Origin: Spirochaetia bacterium
GTDB lineage: Bacteria; Spirochaetota; Spirochaetia; SZUA-6; Bin103
Length of the DNA stretch: 64,000 nt
NCBI GenBank assembly: GCA_965203055.1
Contig: OZ241863.1
Location: 4,000,001 to 4,064,000, forward strand
Direction: 5' to 3'
This document shows positions 50,762 to 61,191 of the stretch, one piece after another; position 1 is the first letter of the stretch, and the number at the start of each line of letters is the position of its first letter. A program made the translations under genes and the position numbers. A model generated the notes under the pieces. That model was not told the origin of the DNA. It did no database searches and saw only the letters and a list, made by a program, of their open reading frames with translations.

Positions 50762-51586
50762 ATGCTGTTGTACCGCACGCGGCGCGGCGTAATTGCCGCC
50801 ACCGGAAACGACTTCGTACTGCTGGCCGAGAGTTGGGACAGCCTGGTCGGTCCGCCCGGCCTGCCCGAACGGATCGACCGGCTGGTGGCGCAAGGCACCG
50901 CGCATGCCGCATTCGAGCCGCATGAGGCCCTGGTGCCGCTGGTGGCGCAGGAGGTGTGGGCCGCCGGCGTGACCTATTACCGCAGCCGCGACGCGCGCAT
51001 GGCCGAGTCGGAGCAGGCCGGCGGCGGCAGCTTCTACGATCGGGTGTACACCGCCGCGCGGCCGGAACTGTTCTTCAAGGGCAGCGCGCGCACCGCGGTG
51101 GGCAGCGGACAGGAGATCGCGCTGCGCTCGGACGCCGCCTGGAACGTCCCGGAACCGGAACTGGTGCTGCTGGCCGATGCCGGCGGTGAGCTGATCGGCT
51201 GCACCATCGGCAACGACGTGAGCTCCCGCGACATCGAGGGCGAGAACCCGCTCTACCTGCCGCAGGCCAAGGTGTACGACGCAAGCTGCGCCCTGGGGCC
51301 GGCGCTGCTGGTCGGCGCCGCGCCGCTGCCCGCCGCCACCGCCATCAGTCTGGCGATCGAGCGCGGCGGGGAGACGGTGTTCGCCGGCAGCACTACCCTG
51401 GCCGAACTGAAGCGCTCGCCGCAGGAACTGCTCGGCTACCTGTACCGCGACAACAGCTTCCCGCATGGCTGCTATCTCATGACCGGCACCGGAATCGTAC
51501 CGCCGGACGGCTTCACGCTGGCTTCCGGCGACACGGTGGCGATCACCATTGCGCCGATCGGCACGCTGACCAACCGGGTCGCCTGA
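50762..51586 (+). CDS. fumarylacetoacetate hydrolase family protein (XylX/KdaD-like 2-keto-3-deoxy-pentonate dehydratase)
   Basis: [45 protein letters not shown] and MTGTGIVP. Confidence 0.88.
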   Translation: MLLYRTRRGVIAATGNDFVLLAESWDSLVGPPGLPERIDRLVAQGTAHAAFEPHEALVPLVAQEVWAAGVTYYRSRDARMAESEQAGGGSFYDRVYTAARPELFFKGSARTAVGSGQEIALRSDAAWNVPEPELVLLADAGGELIGCTIGNDVSSRDIEGENPLYLPQAKVYDASCALGPALLVGAAPLPAATAISLAIERGGETVFAGSTTLAELKRSPQELLGYLYRDNSFPHGCYLMTGTGIVPPDGFTLASGDTVAITIAPIGTLTNRVA

Positions 51587-51593
51587 CCACTCC

Positions 51594-53672
51594 GTGAGCA
51601 CGACCGAGCAGCCCCCGCGCGCCCGCGATTCGCGCGGCCCCAACCGCGAGCCGCCGCTGCGCGTCGCCGGCAGCGATGAGATCCTCGGCTTCCACGGCCT
51701 GGGCGCCGATTCCCGCGCCGCGGACGGCGGCGCGGCGGAGGCCGGCGCGGCGCTGCGCACCATGGGCGAGGCGCCGGCCGGCGTCCTGCCGCTCACCGCC
51801 GAGATGCTGCGCGAGGAACCGAGCGGCAACCTGTTCGGGCTCACCCACAACGTAGCCATGGGCTGGCGCCCCGAAGAGACCACCCGCCCCGCGTTCATGA
51901 TCCTCAGCACGCAGGGCGGGGTGCGGGCGCCGGATGGGAAGCCGGTCGCCCTCGGCCTGCACACCGGCCACTGGGAGGTAGGATTGCTGGTGCAGGCCGC
52001 GGCCGACACCCTGCGCGCCGCCGGCTGCATCCCGTTCGCCGCCTTCTGCACCGATCCCTGCGACGGCCGCTCGCAGGGCACGCCGGGCATGCTGGACAGC
52101 CTTCCCTACCGCAACGACGCCGCCATCGTGCTGCGCCGGCTGGCGCGCTCCCTGCCGACGCGCAGCGGGGTGCTGGGCGTGGCCACCTGCGACAAGGGGC
52201 TGCCGGCCATGCTGCTGGCGGTGGCCGGCCTGGGCGCCGAGCCGGGAGTGATCGTCCCCGGCGGCGTGACCCTGCCGGCGCCCGACTCCGAGGATACCGG
52301 TCTGGTGCAGACCATCGGCGCCCGCTTCGCGCACGGCCTGATCACTCTGCAACACGCCCAGACCATGGGTTGCCGGGCGTGCGGCAGCGCCGGCGGCGGC
52401 TGCCAGTTCCTGGGCACCGCGGCCACCGCGCAGGTGGTCGCCGAAGCCCTCGGCCTGACCCTGCCGCACGCGGCGCTGGCACCGTCGGGCGAGCCGGTAT
52501 GGCTGGACATGGCGCGGCGCTCCGCGGCGGCCCTGGTGAGCCTGGCGGTGGCCGGAGCGCGCACGCGCGACCTGCTCACCGCGCACGCCGTGGACAACGC
52601 CATGGTGGTGCACGCCGCCTTCGGCGGCTCCACCAACCTGCTGCTGCACCTGCCGGCCGCGGCCCATGCCGCGGGTTTGCGAGTCCCCACCGTCGAGGAC
52701 TGGGCGCGAGTGAACCGCAGCACGCCGCGGCTGGTGGACGCGCTCCCCAACGGCCCGGTCGGCCACCCCACCAGCCAGGTGTTCGCGGCCGGCGCGGTGC
52801 CCGAGGTAATGCTGCACCTGCGGCGCGCCGGGCTGCTGCATACCGCGGCGCGCACCGTCAGCGGGCTCACCGTGGACCAGGTGCTGGACGCCTGGGAGCA
52901 GAGCCCGCGCCGCGCCCAGGCGCGGGCCGCGTGCGCGGCCGGCGGGGCGCCGCCCGATCAGGTAATCATGGATCCCGACGCCGCCCGGGCGCGCGGCCTC
53001 ACCAGCACGGTGGTGTTCCCGGTCGGCAACCTCGCGCCCGAAGGGTCGGTGATCAAGGCCACCGCCATCGATCCCGGCGTGGTGGACGCCGCCGGCGTCT
53101 ACTGCCATCGCGGCGCGGCGCGGGTGTTCACCAGCGAGGCCGCGGCCATCGCCGCCATCAAGGGCGCCGCCGGGACGCGGCCGGTCCGGGCGGGCGACGT
53201 CGTGGTGGTGATGGGCATTGGCCCGGCCGGCACCGGCATGGAGGAGATCTATCAAATTACCTCCGCGCTCAAGTACCTGCCCTGGGGCAAGACGGTGTCG
53301 GTGCTCACCGACGCGCGCTTCTCCGGCGTGTCCACCGGCGCCTGCATCGGCCACGTCGGGCCGGAGGCGCTCGCCGGCGGGCCCATCGGCAAGCTGCGCG
53401 ACGGCGACCTGATCGAGATCCGCATCGACCGCAACCGGCTGGAGGGGCGCGCCGCCCTGGTGGGCACCGCGCACGGTCCGCTCAGCGAGGAGGCCGCGGC
53501 GGCGTTGTTGCGGCGCCGGGCGCCGCACCCGGAGCTGGCCCCCAACCCGGAGCTGCCGGCGGACACCCGGCTATGGGCGGCCCTGCAGGCGGCCAGCGGC
53601 GGCACCTGGCGCGGCGCCGTCTACGACGTGGAGCGAATCTGCGCCGCGCTGCAGGGCGCCGGCGGCTCCTGA
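51594..53672 (+). CDS. yjhG: YjhG/YagF family D-xylonate dehydratase (IlvD/Edd family)
   Basis: [46 protein letters not shown] and [11 protein letters not shown]. Confidence 0.9.
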   Translation: MSTTEQPPRARDSRGPNREPPLRVAGSDEILGFHGLGADSRAADGGAAEAGAALRTMGEAPAGVLPLTAEMLREEPSGNLFGLTHNVAMGWRPEETTRPAFMILSTQGGVRAPDGKPVALGLHTGHWEVGLLVQAAADTLRAAGCIPFAAFCTDPCDGRSQGTPGMLDSLPYRNDAAIVLRRLARSLPTRSGVLGVATCDKGLPAMLLAVAGLGAEPGVIVPGGVTLPAPDSEDTGLVQTIGARFAHGLITLQHAQTMGCRACGSAGGGCQFLGTAATAQVVAEALGLTLPHAALAPSGEPVWLDMARRSAAALVSLAVAGARTRDLLTAHAVDNAMVVHAAFGGSTNLLLHLPAAAHAAGLRVPTVEDWARVNRSTPRLVDALPNGPVGHPTSQVFAAGAVPEVMLHLRRAGLLHTAARTVSGLTVDQVLDAWEQSPRRAQARAACAAGGAPPDQVIMDPDAARARGLTSTVVFPVGNLAPEGSVIKATAIDPGVVDAAGVYCHRGAARVFTSEAAAIAAIKGAAGTRPVRAGDVVVVMGIGPAGTGMEEIYQITSALKYLPWGKTVSVLTDARFSGVSTGACIGHVGPEALAGGPIGKLRDGDLIEIRIDRNRLEGRAALVGTAHGPLSEEAAAALLRRRAPHPELAPNPELPADTRLWAALQAASGGTWRGAVYDVERICAALQGAGGS

Positions 53673-53688
53673 AGGAGCGCGCCGCAGA

Positions 53689-54690
53689 GTGTCCCCGGAA
53701 CCGTTTCTCAATGCCCTCGGAGCCGGGCTCGCGGCGCGGGCCGGGGGAGCGGCCCGCCTGCCCGGCAGCGGCGCGGGGGACGCACGCCTGGACCCCTACT
53801 CCCGGGCCGTGATCGAGGCGGTGGACGCCGTCGCGCCGGCGGTGGTGAACCTGGAAACCGCGCAGGGAGCCGCCTCCGGGTTCATCTTCACGCCCGACGG
53901 CTTCATCCTTACCAACAGCCACGTGGTGGCGAACGCGGAGCAGCTCACGGCAACCCTGGCCGATGGCCGCCAGTTCGGCGCGCAGGTGGTGGGCGCCGAC
54001 CCGGACACCGATCTGGCGGTGCTGCGCATCTGGGGCGACGACCTGGCGGCCGCGCCGCTTGGCGATTCCTCGACCATCCGGGTAGGGCAACTGGTGGTGG
54101 CGATCGGCAACCCCTACGGGTTCCAGTACACGGTGACCGCCGGCGTGGTCAGCGCCCTGGGGCGCACCCTGCAGTCGGACGCCGGGCGCCAGATCAACGA
54201 CGTGATCCAGACCGACGCCCCGCTCAACCCCGGCAACTCCGGCGGACCGCTGGTGACCTCCTGCGGCGAGGTGGTGGGGGTGAATACCGCGGCCATCGTG
54301 CCGGCGCAGGGGATCTGCTTCGCCACCGCCATCAACACCGCCAAGTACGTCACCGGTCATCTGCTGCGCGAGGGCCGGGTGCGGCGCAGCTACATCGGCA
54401 TTGGCGGTCACACCGTGTCGATCGCGCGCCGCGTAGTACGCCAGCTCCAACTGCCGGTGGACGCGGGGGTGATGGTCGAGTCGGTGGAGGGGCGCGGCCC
54501 CGCGGGCCGCGCCGGAGTGCAGCGCGGCGACGTGATCGTGGCCTTCGCCGGCGCGCCGACCGGCGCGATCGATCAGCTCGACAAGCTGTTGGACGAACGC
54601 GCGGTCGGCCGCGCCACGCCGATGACCGTCCTGCGCCGCGCCCGGAAGCTGGAACTCACCATCACGCCGGGCGAGTACGGCAGCGGCTGA
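53689..54690 (+). CDS. HtrA/DegP-like trypsin serine protease with PDZ domain
   Basis: TNSHVV, DLAVL and IQTDAPLNPGNSGGPL; C-terminal PDZ. Confidence 0.92.
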   Translation: MSPEPFLNALGAGLAARAGGAARLPGSGAGDARLDPYSRAVIEAVDAVAPAVVNLETAQGAASGFIFTPDGFILTNSHVVANAEQLTATLADGRQFGAQVVGADPDTDLAVLRIWGDDLAAAPLGDSSTIRVGQLVVAIGNPYGFQYTVTAGVVSALGRTLQSDAGRQINDVIQTDAPLNPGNSGGPLVTSCGEVVGVNTAAIVPAQGICFATAINTAKYVTGHLLREGRVRRSYIGIGGHTVSIARRVVRQLQLPVDAGVMVESVEGRGPAGRAGVQRGDVIVAFAGAPTGAIDQLDKLLDERAVGRATPMTVLRRARKLELTITPGEYGSG

Positions 54691-54735
54691 CACCTGCTGA
54701 CAGCGCCGGCCGCGCCGCGCATAATGGTGCGCGCC

Positions 54736-55026
54736 ATGGCGAACATCATTCCCCTGCGGACCCGGAAGCTGGCTCCGGACTGCTACGTCTACAAGCACTC
54801 CACCGCGTGTCCGATCTCCGCCGCGGCGGCGGAAGTGGTGCGCGCGTACGCCTTCGACCGGCCGCTGTACTGGGTCAACGTGATCGAACAGCGGCGGTTG
54901 TCCAACTGGATTGCCGCCGCCTACGAGGTGCGCCACCAGTCGCCGCAGCTCCTGAAGATCACCGGCGGGGCGCTGGAGCGGCAGTGGAGCCACTTCGCCA
55001 TCACCGCCGCCAACCTCACCGAGTAA
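54736..55026 (+). CDS. brxC: monothiol bacilliredoxin BrxC/YtxJ family protein
   Basis: KHSTACPIS, LSNWIA...VRHQSPQ and WSHFAIT. Confidence 0.85.
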   Translation: MANIIPLRTRKLAPDCYVYKHSTACPISAAAAEVVRAYAFDRPLYWVNVIEQRRLSNWIAAAYEVRHQSPQLLKITGGALERQWSHFAITAANLTE

Positions 55027-55047
55027 CCGGCGCCCCGGCGGGCGCCG

Positions 55048-56208
55048 CTACCAGGAAAAGGCGCCGCTCCAGAGTTCGCCCAGGAACGTGCGCCAATGCA
55101 GGAGGCGGATGCCGTCGCCGGTACGCCGGTCCAACTCGTCGAAGGAAACCAGAAACGACGCCGCGCCGGGGCGTTCTTCGGCCAGGGCGCGCAGACCGCG
55201 CAGGTCGCGGTCGGACACCCGGCTCGACGCCTTTACCTCGACGGCCGCTGCCGAGCCGACCAGGAAGTCCACCTCGAGTCCGCTCTGCGTGCGCCAGTAG
55301 GTGAGCTCGCTCCGTACGCGCCGGTAGGAGAGATAGCTGCGCAGCTCCATGGCGATGAAGTGCTCGAACGCGACGCCGTATTCGCTGCTGTTCCGGTTCA
55401 GCGCGCGGATGCCGCGCAGGAAGTTGGCCACGCCCACGTCGAAGAAGTAGAACTTGGCGGTCGCCGCGGCCTTGCGCCGGCGGGAGCCGCGCCAGGGTTG
55501 CAGCAGGAACCCGATGAAGGTGTCCGCGAGGATGTCGAAGTAGGACCGCACCGAGGTGGCGGGTACCCCGGTGTCGCGCGCCACGTTCGCGAAGTTGAGC
55601 TGCTGGCCGTTGGAAACCGCGGCGACGTTCAGAAACCGGGAGAAGTGAACGAAGTTCCGGACCAGCGCCTCGCCGCGGATCTCTTCGGCCAAGTAGGTGT
55701 TGACGTACGCGTCGAGCTCCTCCTCCGGGTACGCGGCGCCATAGACCTGCGGCAGCCCGCCGTGCAGGAGGTAGCGGCCCAGGTCCAGCTCCGGCACCTC
55801 CGCGCTCGTCAGCGGGAACAGGTTGGCCTGCCACGCGCGGCCGCCCAGCAGGTTCACGCCGCCGCGCGTGAGCTTGCGGCCGCTGGAACCGCTCAGCACG
55901 AAGTGGATCCCCTTCGTCTCGATCAGGTCATGCACCTCGTCGAGCAGCCGGGGCAGCTTCTGGATCTCGTCGATGACGACGACCGGCGCGCCGGCCGCGG
56001 CATCGACGCGGCCTTCGGCCACTACCTCGCGCAGGCGCGAGGGATGCTCGGCGAGCGGCAGGTATACGCTGCTGCGCAGGAGATCCAGGATCGCGCGCGG
56101 GTCGAACTGCGCGCGCAGCAGCGTGGTCTTGCCGGTGCTGCGGGGACCGAACAGAAACAGCGACTTGCGGGCGGCGAGCTCCCTGACATCCAACGCTCGG
56201 GCGTACAC
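55048..56208 (-). CDS. AAA+ ATPase with DUF4143
   Basis: GPRSTGKTT, IDEIQK, SGSS, GGLP, KFYFFDVG, YWRT and EVDF...VEVKAS; GTG start at 56208. Confidence 0.9.
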   Translation of the reverse strand: MYARALDVRELAARKSLFLFGPRSTGKTTLLRAQFDPRAILDLLRSSVYLPLAEHPSRLREVVAEGRVDAAAGAPVVVIDEIQKLPRLLDEVHDLIETKGIHFVLSGSSGRKLTRGGVNLLGGRAWQANLFPLTSAEVPELDLGRYLLHGGLPQVYGAAYPEEELDAYVNTYLAEEIRGEALVRNFVHFSRFLNVAAVSNGQQLNFANVARDTGVPATSVRSYFDILADTFIGFLLQPWRGSRRRKAAATAKFYFFDVGVANFLRGIRALNRNSSEYGVAFEHFIAMELRSYLSYRRVRSELTYWRTQSGLEVDFLVGSAAAVEVKASSRVSDRDLRGLRALAEERPGAASFLVSFDELDRRTGDGIRLLHWRTFLGELWSGAFSW

Positions 56209-56247
56209 CGTCCCCGGAGTGTACGGACCCGCATCCCTGGAAATCAA

Positions 56248-56290
56248 CGGTACGGCCGCTGATTTTCCCGTAAAATCAACGGCCGTACCG
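56248..56290. repeat. 19-bp-arm inverted repeat upstream of the AAA/DUF4143 gene
   Basis: CGGTACGGCCG-C-TGATTTT-CCCGT-AAAATCA-A-CGGCCGTACCG. Confidence 0.7.
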
Positions 56291-56364
56291 CGCATCTGCA
56301 CATTCCCGCACTTCCCGCTCCGCGGCCGGTAGCCGCGGGCGCCGCGGCCACCTACACTGCGGGA

Positions 56365-57672
56365 ATGATGAGCGCCGCCGCCATTCTCGCCGTCTGGATC
56401 GTCTGGTACGTGGCGCACCAAGCCTGGGAGGCGCTTCTCACCCTGCTGAACCTGCGCCACGCCGCCCGCAACCCGCAGCCGCCGGCGGAGCTGCGCGGCG
56501 TGCTGGAGCAGGCCACCATGACCCGCTCGCGCGCCTACTTGGCGGCGCGCAGCCGACTCGACCTGGTCAGCCGCGGGCTGCGCGCCGCGCTGGTCCTGGC
56601 GGTGGTCGCCGGCGGGGTTCTCGGGGCGCTGGATCAGTGGCTGGCGCACTGGCTGCAGGCGCGCGGAATCGCTTCGCCGCTGCTCGCCGGCACCCTGTTC
56701 GTCCTGGTGCTGGTGTGGGCGAGCAACCTGCTCACCCTGGGGCTGCGCCTGTACGGACAATTCGTGATCGAAGCGCGCTTCGGCTTCAACAACATGACTT
56801 GGCGCACCTTCGCCCTGGATCAGGTGAAGAGCGCCGCCTTGACGGCCGTCCTGGGGATTCCGCTGCTGCTGGGCCTGTTCTGGTTCATGGCCGAGACCGG
56901 AACCCGCTGGTGGCTCTACGCGTTCTGCTTCATCGCCGGCTACCAGCTCCTGGTGACCTACCTGTACCAGCCGCTCATCGCGCCGCTGTTCAACAAGTTC
57001 CAACCGCTCGCCGGCGGCTCCCTGCAGCGGCGGCTGGTGGAGCTCGCCGCGCGGCTGCGGTTCCGCGTGCGTTCGATACTGGTCATGGACGGCAGCCGCC
57101 GTTCGCGCCACAGCAACGCCTACTTCGCCGGGTTCGGCCGCGCCAAGCGCATCGTGTTGTTCGACACGCTGCTCTCCGCCCTGGACGAGCCCCAGGTGGA
57201 AGCAGTCCTGGCCCACGAGATCGGCCACGAAAAGCGCCGCCACGTGACCAAGCACCTCGCCCTGAGTCTGCTGCTCACCCTGGCCGGGCTGTGGCTGATG
57301 AGCGTGCTCCTGCACCAGCCGGCGCTGTTCGCGGCATTCGGGTTCCACCTGGCCGGGACCGGCCAGCCCGGCTCCCACGCCGCGCTCGTCATCCTGTCGC
57401 TGCTGACCGGGCCGGCCGCGCTGGTGGTGCAGCCGCTGGCGAGCGCGTGGATCCGGCGTCACGAATATGAGGCCGACCGCTACGCGGTGGCCGCGGTCGG
57501 CGGCGCCGAGGCGCTGGCCGAAGCGCTGATAACCCTCAGCCGCGACAACTTGAGCAACCCCAACCCGCATCCCTGGTACAGCGCCTATCACTACTCTCAC
57601 CCGACCCTGGCGGAACGGCTGCGCGCGATGCGCCGCCATGCGGCTACGCCGGCGCCGGCGCCGGATGGCTGA
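56365..57672 (+). CDS. M48 family (Ste24/CAAX-type) membrane metallopeptidase
   Basis: PLFNKF, MDGSRRSRHSNAYFAG, AHEIGH, HEYEAD and YSHPTL. Confidence 0.93.
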   Translation: MMSAAAILAVWIVWYVAHQAWEALLTLLNLRHAARNPQPPAELRGVLEQATMTRSRAYLAARSRLDLVSRGLRAALVLAVVAGGVLGALDQWLAHWLQARGIASPLLAGTLFVLVLVWASNLLTLGLRLYGQFVIEARFGFNNMTWRTFALDQVKSAALTAVLGIPLLLGLFWFMAETGTRWWLYAFCFIAGYQLLVTYLYQPLIAPLFNKFQPLAGGSLQRRLVELAARLRFRVRSILVMDGSRRSRHSNAYFAGFGRAKRIVLFDTLLSALDEPQVEAVLAHEIGHEKRRHVTKHLALSLLLTLAGLWLMSVLLHQPALFAAFGFHLAGTGQPGSHAALVILSLLTGPAALVVQPLASAWIRRHEYEADRYAVAAVGGAEALAEALITLSRDNLSNPNPHPWYSAYHYSHPTLAERLRAMRRHAATPAPAPDG

Positions 57673-57772
57673 CCCGCGGCGTAGCGGGGTTGCGGGTTGC
57701 GTTTTGCGGATGCTGCTTGCGTTTTGCCGGTAGCAACCAAGTATATTGTCCGGGTAGCATACCGGCTTCAGC

Positions 57773-57846
57773 GGGCCCATAGCTCAGTCGGTTAGAGCAG
57801 CGGACTCATAATCCGCGTGTCCAAGGTTCAAGTCCTTGTGGGCCCA
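57773..57846 (+). tRNA. tRNA with CAT anticodon, most likely tRNA-Ile2 (lysidine); CCA not encoded
   Basis: Cloverleaf: GGGCCCA/TGGGCCC acceptor, GCTC/GAGC D stem, GCGGA-CTCATAA-TCCGC anticodon arm, CAAGG-TTCAAGT-CCTTG T arm. The paired G1:C72 excludes initiator tRNA; C4:G69 and C5:G68 fit TilS identity. Confidence 0.93.
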
Positions 57847-57884
57847 GGCAGCGTTTGCGCGCCCGCGGTCGCGCAGGAGGTTTC

Positions 57885-58583
57885 ATGGCAGTGGTAACCA
57901 TTTCCCGGCAACTCGGCAGCGGCGCCCGGGCGATCGGCGAGCGCGCGGCGGAGCTGCTCGGCTATGAGGTCGTGGACAAGGCGCTGATTACCGAGGTCGC
58001 CGATCAGGCGCGCGTCGACGAAGAGGAAGTGGCCGAGATCGACGAAGTGGAGGAGCCGGGCGTGCGCGGGTTCCTGAGTCGCTGGTTCACCATGGAGAGC
58101 GCGGCCAGCGTGCCCTCATCGTCGTTGGTGGATCTCTCCTACCACGGTCCCGGCGGGATCTTCGTGCCGCCGGTGGACGCCGACACCAGCGAGGAACTGC
58201 ACTACCTCGACCGGCGGCAGTATCATCGGTTGATTCAGCAGACCATTCAGCGCCTGCGCGACCGGGGCAAGGTGATCATCGTCGGGCGCGGCGGCATGAT
58301 CGTGCTGCGCGACGATCCCAATACGCTACGAGTGCGCATCGTGGCCTCCGAGGAGGCGCGCGCCGAGCGCCTGGCCGGCGAAGAAGGGACGAGCTTTCGC
58401 GACGCCCTGCAGCAGGTACGTCTCAGCGACCGGCGCCGGGCCGCCTTCGTGCAGCGCAATTATCACGTCAGTTGGAACGACACCGCTCTCTACCACCTGG
58501 TCATCAACACCGAAGTCACCGCCACGGCGATGGCGGCCTCCGCCATCGCCGCCGCGGTCGGCGCCATGAAGCCGGTGGCATGA
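57885..58583 (+). CDS. cytidylate kinase-like family protein
   Basis: AGGAGG RBS; VTISRQLGSG, IIVGRGG, SDRRR and YHLVINT. Confidence 0.88.
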   Translation: MAVVTISRQLGSGARAIGERAAELLGYEVVDKALITEVADQARVDEEEVAEIDEVEEPGVRGFLSRWFTMESAASVPSSSLVDLSYHGPGGIFVPPVDADTSEELHYLDRRQYHRLIQQTIQRLRDRGKVIIVGRGGMIVLRDDPNTLRVRIVASEEARAERLAGEEGTSFRDALQQVRLSDRRRAAFVQRNYHVSWNDTALYHLVINTEVTATAMAASAIAAAVGAMKPVA

Positions 58584-58596
58584 CCGCGGCGCGCTA

Positions 58597-61092
58597 CTAG
58601 TCGCGGCTCGGAAGGTGCAGAATCTCGCGCGGTTTGCTGCCGTTGGCCGGACCGACGATGCCGCGCTGCTCCATCTCTTCGACCAGACGCGCGGCCCGGT
58701 TGTACCCGATCTTGAGCTTGCGCTGCAGGTAGGAGGCGGATGCCTTGCCGGCCCCCGCTACCACTTCCAGCGCCTGATCCATCAGCGGATCGTTGCCGCC
58801 CGGTTCCAGCCGTAACTCCGACTCCTCGTCGTCGAACAGCATGTCCTCGTCGAGGTAGTCCGGTTCGCCCAGCTCGCGCACCTTCTCGGTGACCAGTTCC
58901 ACCTCGTCTTCGGTGAGCAGCGCTCCCTGGATGCGCAGCGGGTTCGCATCCCAGGCCGGCACGAACAGCATGTCGCCGCGGCCGAGCAGCTTCTCCGCGC
59001 CCACGGCGTCGATGATGATGCGGGAGTCGAACTTGCTGGCCACCATGAAGGCGATGCGGGAGGGTATGTTGGCCTTGATCAGACCGGTTATCACGTCGAT
59101 GGAGGGGCGCTGGGTGGCGAGCACGATGTGGATGCCCACGGCGCGCGCCATCGCCGCCAGCCGCGCCAGGGTAGCTTCCAACTCTTTGCCGGTGGTTGCC
59201 ATCAGGTCGGCGAACTCGTCGATGACGATGATCAGGTAGGGCAACGGCCCGGCCGTTACCCGCTCGGCGCGCGCCGCCAGCTTGCGGTTGTAGGAGTTGA
59301 TGTCGCGCACGCCGAGATTGTCCAGCAGGGCGTAGCGGCGCTCCATCTCGTAGAGGCAGTACTGCAGGGCCTGGAACGCGCGTTTGGGATCGGTGATGAC
59401 CGGCGTCAGCAGGTGCGGCACGTCGTTGTACAACTTGAGCTCGACGATCTTGGGGTCGATCAGCAGCAGGCGCACCTGCTCCGGGGTGCGCGAGTAGAGC
59501 ACCGAGCAGATCAGGGCATTGACCAGCACCGACTTGCCGGCGCCGGTTGCGCCGGCAATCAGCAGATGAGGCGTGGCGGTGAGATCGATCACCTGGGCCT
59601 CGCCGGTGATGTCCTTGCCGAGCACGATCGGCACGCCGGCCGGCAGCCCCTGGGGGTCGGGCGTGAACTGCGGCTGGCTTACCATCTCGCGGAACGAAAC
59701 CACCGCGCGCCGCCGGTTCGGCACTTCGATGCCCACCGCATGCTTGCCCGGTATCGGCGCCACGATCCGCACCCGGGAGGCCGCCAGCCGTAGCGCGATG
59801 TTGTCCGCCAGATTGACGATGCGGGAAATCTTCACCCCCGGCGCCGGCAGCAACTCGAACATGGTGATCACCGGACCACGCCGAATGCCGGTGACTTCGG
59901 CGTCGATCTTGAACTCCGCCAGGGTGGCCATCAGGGTGGCGGCCGCTTCGCGGGTGTCGCTGTCCACTTGCCACGCCGCTTCCGGTTCATAGGGATTGAG
60001 AACCTCCAGCGGTACCTGGTAGCCGCGGCGCGGCGGTTGCCTGGCGGCGGCGGATACGGGAGGCGGCGGAGCTGCGGGCTGCGGGGCCTCCGGGCCGGCC
60101 GCGGCGGCGGCCGGCGCCGGCTCGGCGCTGACCGGCGCTGTCTCGGCGCGGGCCGGCGCGTCGTCCGGCAAGCCGGCAGCAGTCGTGCCGGGGGGCAGCC
60201 TCAGCTCCGCCAGCGGGTCGGGGCCGGCGGCCGAGCTCTCCGGCGCGGGCAACTCGAAGGCGCTCTCCGGCACCGGGATGTCAGGCGCGGCGGCAGCGCC
60301 ATCCTCGACCGCGGCCAGCGGGTCGTCATCTTCGACCGCGGCCGCGAACGAGGGGCCGGCGCTGCCGTTCGCCGCTACCGCAGGCAGCGCGCCGTTGCTG
60401 CCGTCAATCGGCCGCGCGGGCGGCGCCGGCGGAAGAACCGGGGCGCCAGGCTGATCGAGGGCGCTTTCCGGCGCCGCCATGCCGAACGCGGCGGCGACCG
60501 GGGGAGCGCTGCCGTTCGCCGTTACTGCCGGCAGCGCGCCGTTGCTGCCGTCAATCGGCTGCGCGGGCGGCGCCGGCGGGACCAGCGCCCGGATCGGAGC
60601 CGCGGCGCGCGCGCCGCGGCGCCAGCGCTGCGCCAGCGCGAAGCCGGCGACGCCTTCGAGCACCAGGATCAGGATCAGGAGGGTGGCCGCCGGCACCCGG
60701 CCGAAGGCCGCCACCAGCATCACCGCGGCCAATGCCCGGTCGGTGCCGGCAATGACGTGGGCCAAGGTACTCAACACCGGCAATACCAGCCCCGCCGCCG
60801 CCAGGGCGGCCATCACTTCGCGGGTCACCCGGTTGCTGAACAGCGCGAACACGTAGGCGTAGCAGAGCGCGGGAATCAGGAGCGCGAACCAGAGAAAGGA
60901 GTCGAACAGGAACCACGCCGGCGCGTACAGCACGTTCAGCGGGAACGCGGCGCCGGCGGGGCGGCCGGCCGCCACGAACGGGATCAGCGAGGCGAGGGCC
61001 AACGTGCCGACCGCCGTCAGCGCGACGGCGCACCACTGCTGCGGACCGCTGCCCGGAAAGCCCCGGCGGTGCGGCTCCCATGGTATCCTCAT
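58597..61092 (-). CDS. ftsK: DNA translocase FtsK
   Basis: N-terminal TM helices, Pro/Ala linker, PHLLIAGATGAGKSV, IDEFADLM, ATQRPS and gamma domain LQRKLKIGYNRAARL. Confidence 0.96.
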   Translation of the reverse strand: MRIPWEPHRRGFPGSGPQQWCAVALTAVGTLALASLIPFVAAGRPAGAAFPLNVLYAPAWFLFDSFLWFALLIPALCYAYVFALFSNRVTREVMAALAAAGLVLPVLSTLAHVIAGTDRALAAVMLVAAFGRVPAATLLILILVLEGVAGFALAQRWRRGARAAAPIRALVPPAPPAQPIDGSNGALPAVTANGSAPPVAAAFGMAAPESALDQPGAPVLPPAPPARPIDGSNGALPAVAANGSAGPSFAAAVEDDDPLAAVEDGAAAAPDIPVPESAFELPAPESSAAGPDPLAELRLPPGTTAAGLPDDAPARAETAPVSAEPAPAAAAAGPEAPQPAAPPPPVSAAARQPPRRGYQVPLEVLNPYEPEAAWQVDSDTREAAATLMATLAEFKIDAEVTGIRRGPVITMFELLPAPGVKISRIVNLADNIALRLAASRVRIVAPIPGKHAVGIEVPNRRRAVVSFREMVSQPQFTPDPQGLPAGVPIVLGKDITGEAQVIDLTATPHLLIAGATGAGKSVLVNALICSVLYSRTPEQVRLLLIDPKIVELKLYNDVPHLLTPVITDPKRAFQALQYCLYEMERRYALLDNLGVRDINSYNRKLAARAERVTAGPLPYLIIVIDEFADLMATTGKELEATLARLAAMARAVGIHIVLATQRPSIDVITGLIKANIPSRIAFMVASKFDSRIIIDAVGAEKLLGRGDMLFVPAWDANPLRIQGALLTEDEVELVTEKVRELGEPDYLDEDMLFDDEESELRLEPGGNDPLMDQALEVVAGAGKASASYLQRKLKIGYNRAARLVEEMEQRGIVGPANGSKPREILHLPSRD
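60359..60579. repeat. two ~74-bp direct repeats (147-bp period) in the FtsK linker
   Basis: 60359-60432 and 60506-60579 both encode PPAPPA(Q/R)PIDGSNGALPAV(T/A)ANGSA. Confidence 0.85.
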
Positions 61093-61191
61093 CCGGCTGC
61101 GCGGCTCGGGCTGATAACCATATACCAGAGTATCGGCAGGGCAGCCCCAGGGGCGCAGCGCCGCCGGCCTGCCCCGGTGGAGGGCCGTATC

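Noticed and set aside
55048..57780. 910-aa ORF
   Set aside because: The upstream ~520 aa are antisense to the M48 peptidase; the ATPase begins near 56208.
57773..57846. tRNA as an integration site of a genomic island
   Set aside because: No integrase in the window, no duplicate of the tRNA 3' end noticed, and the downstream genes are core-like.
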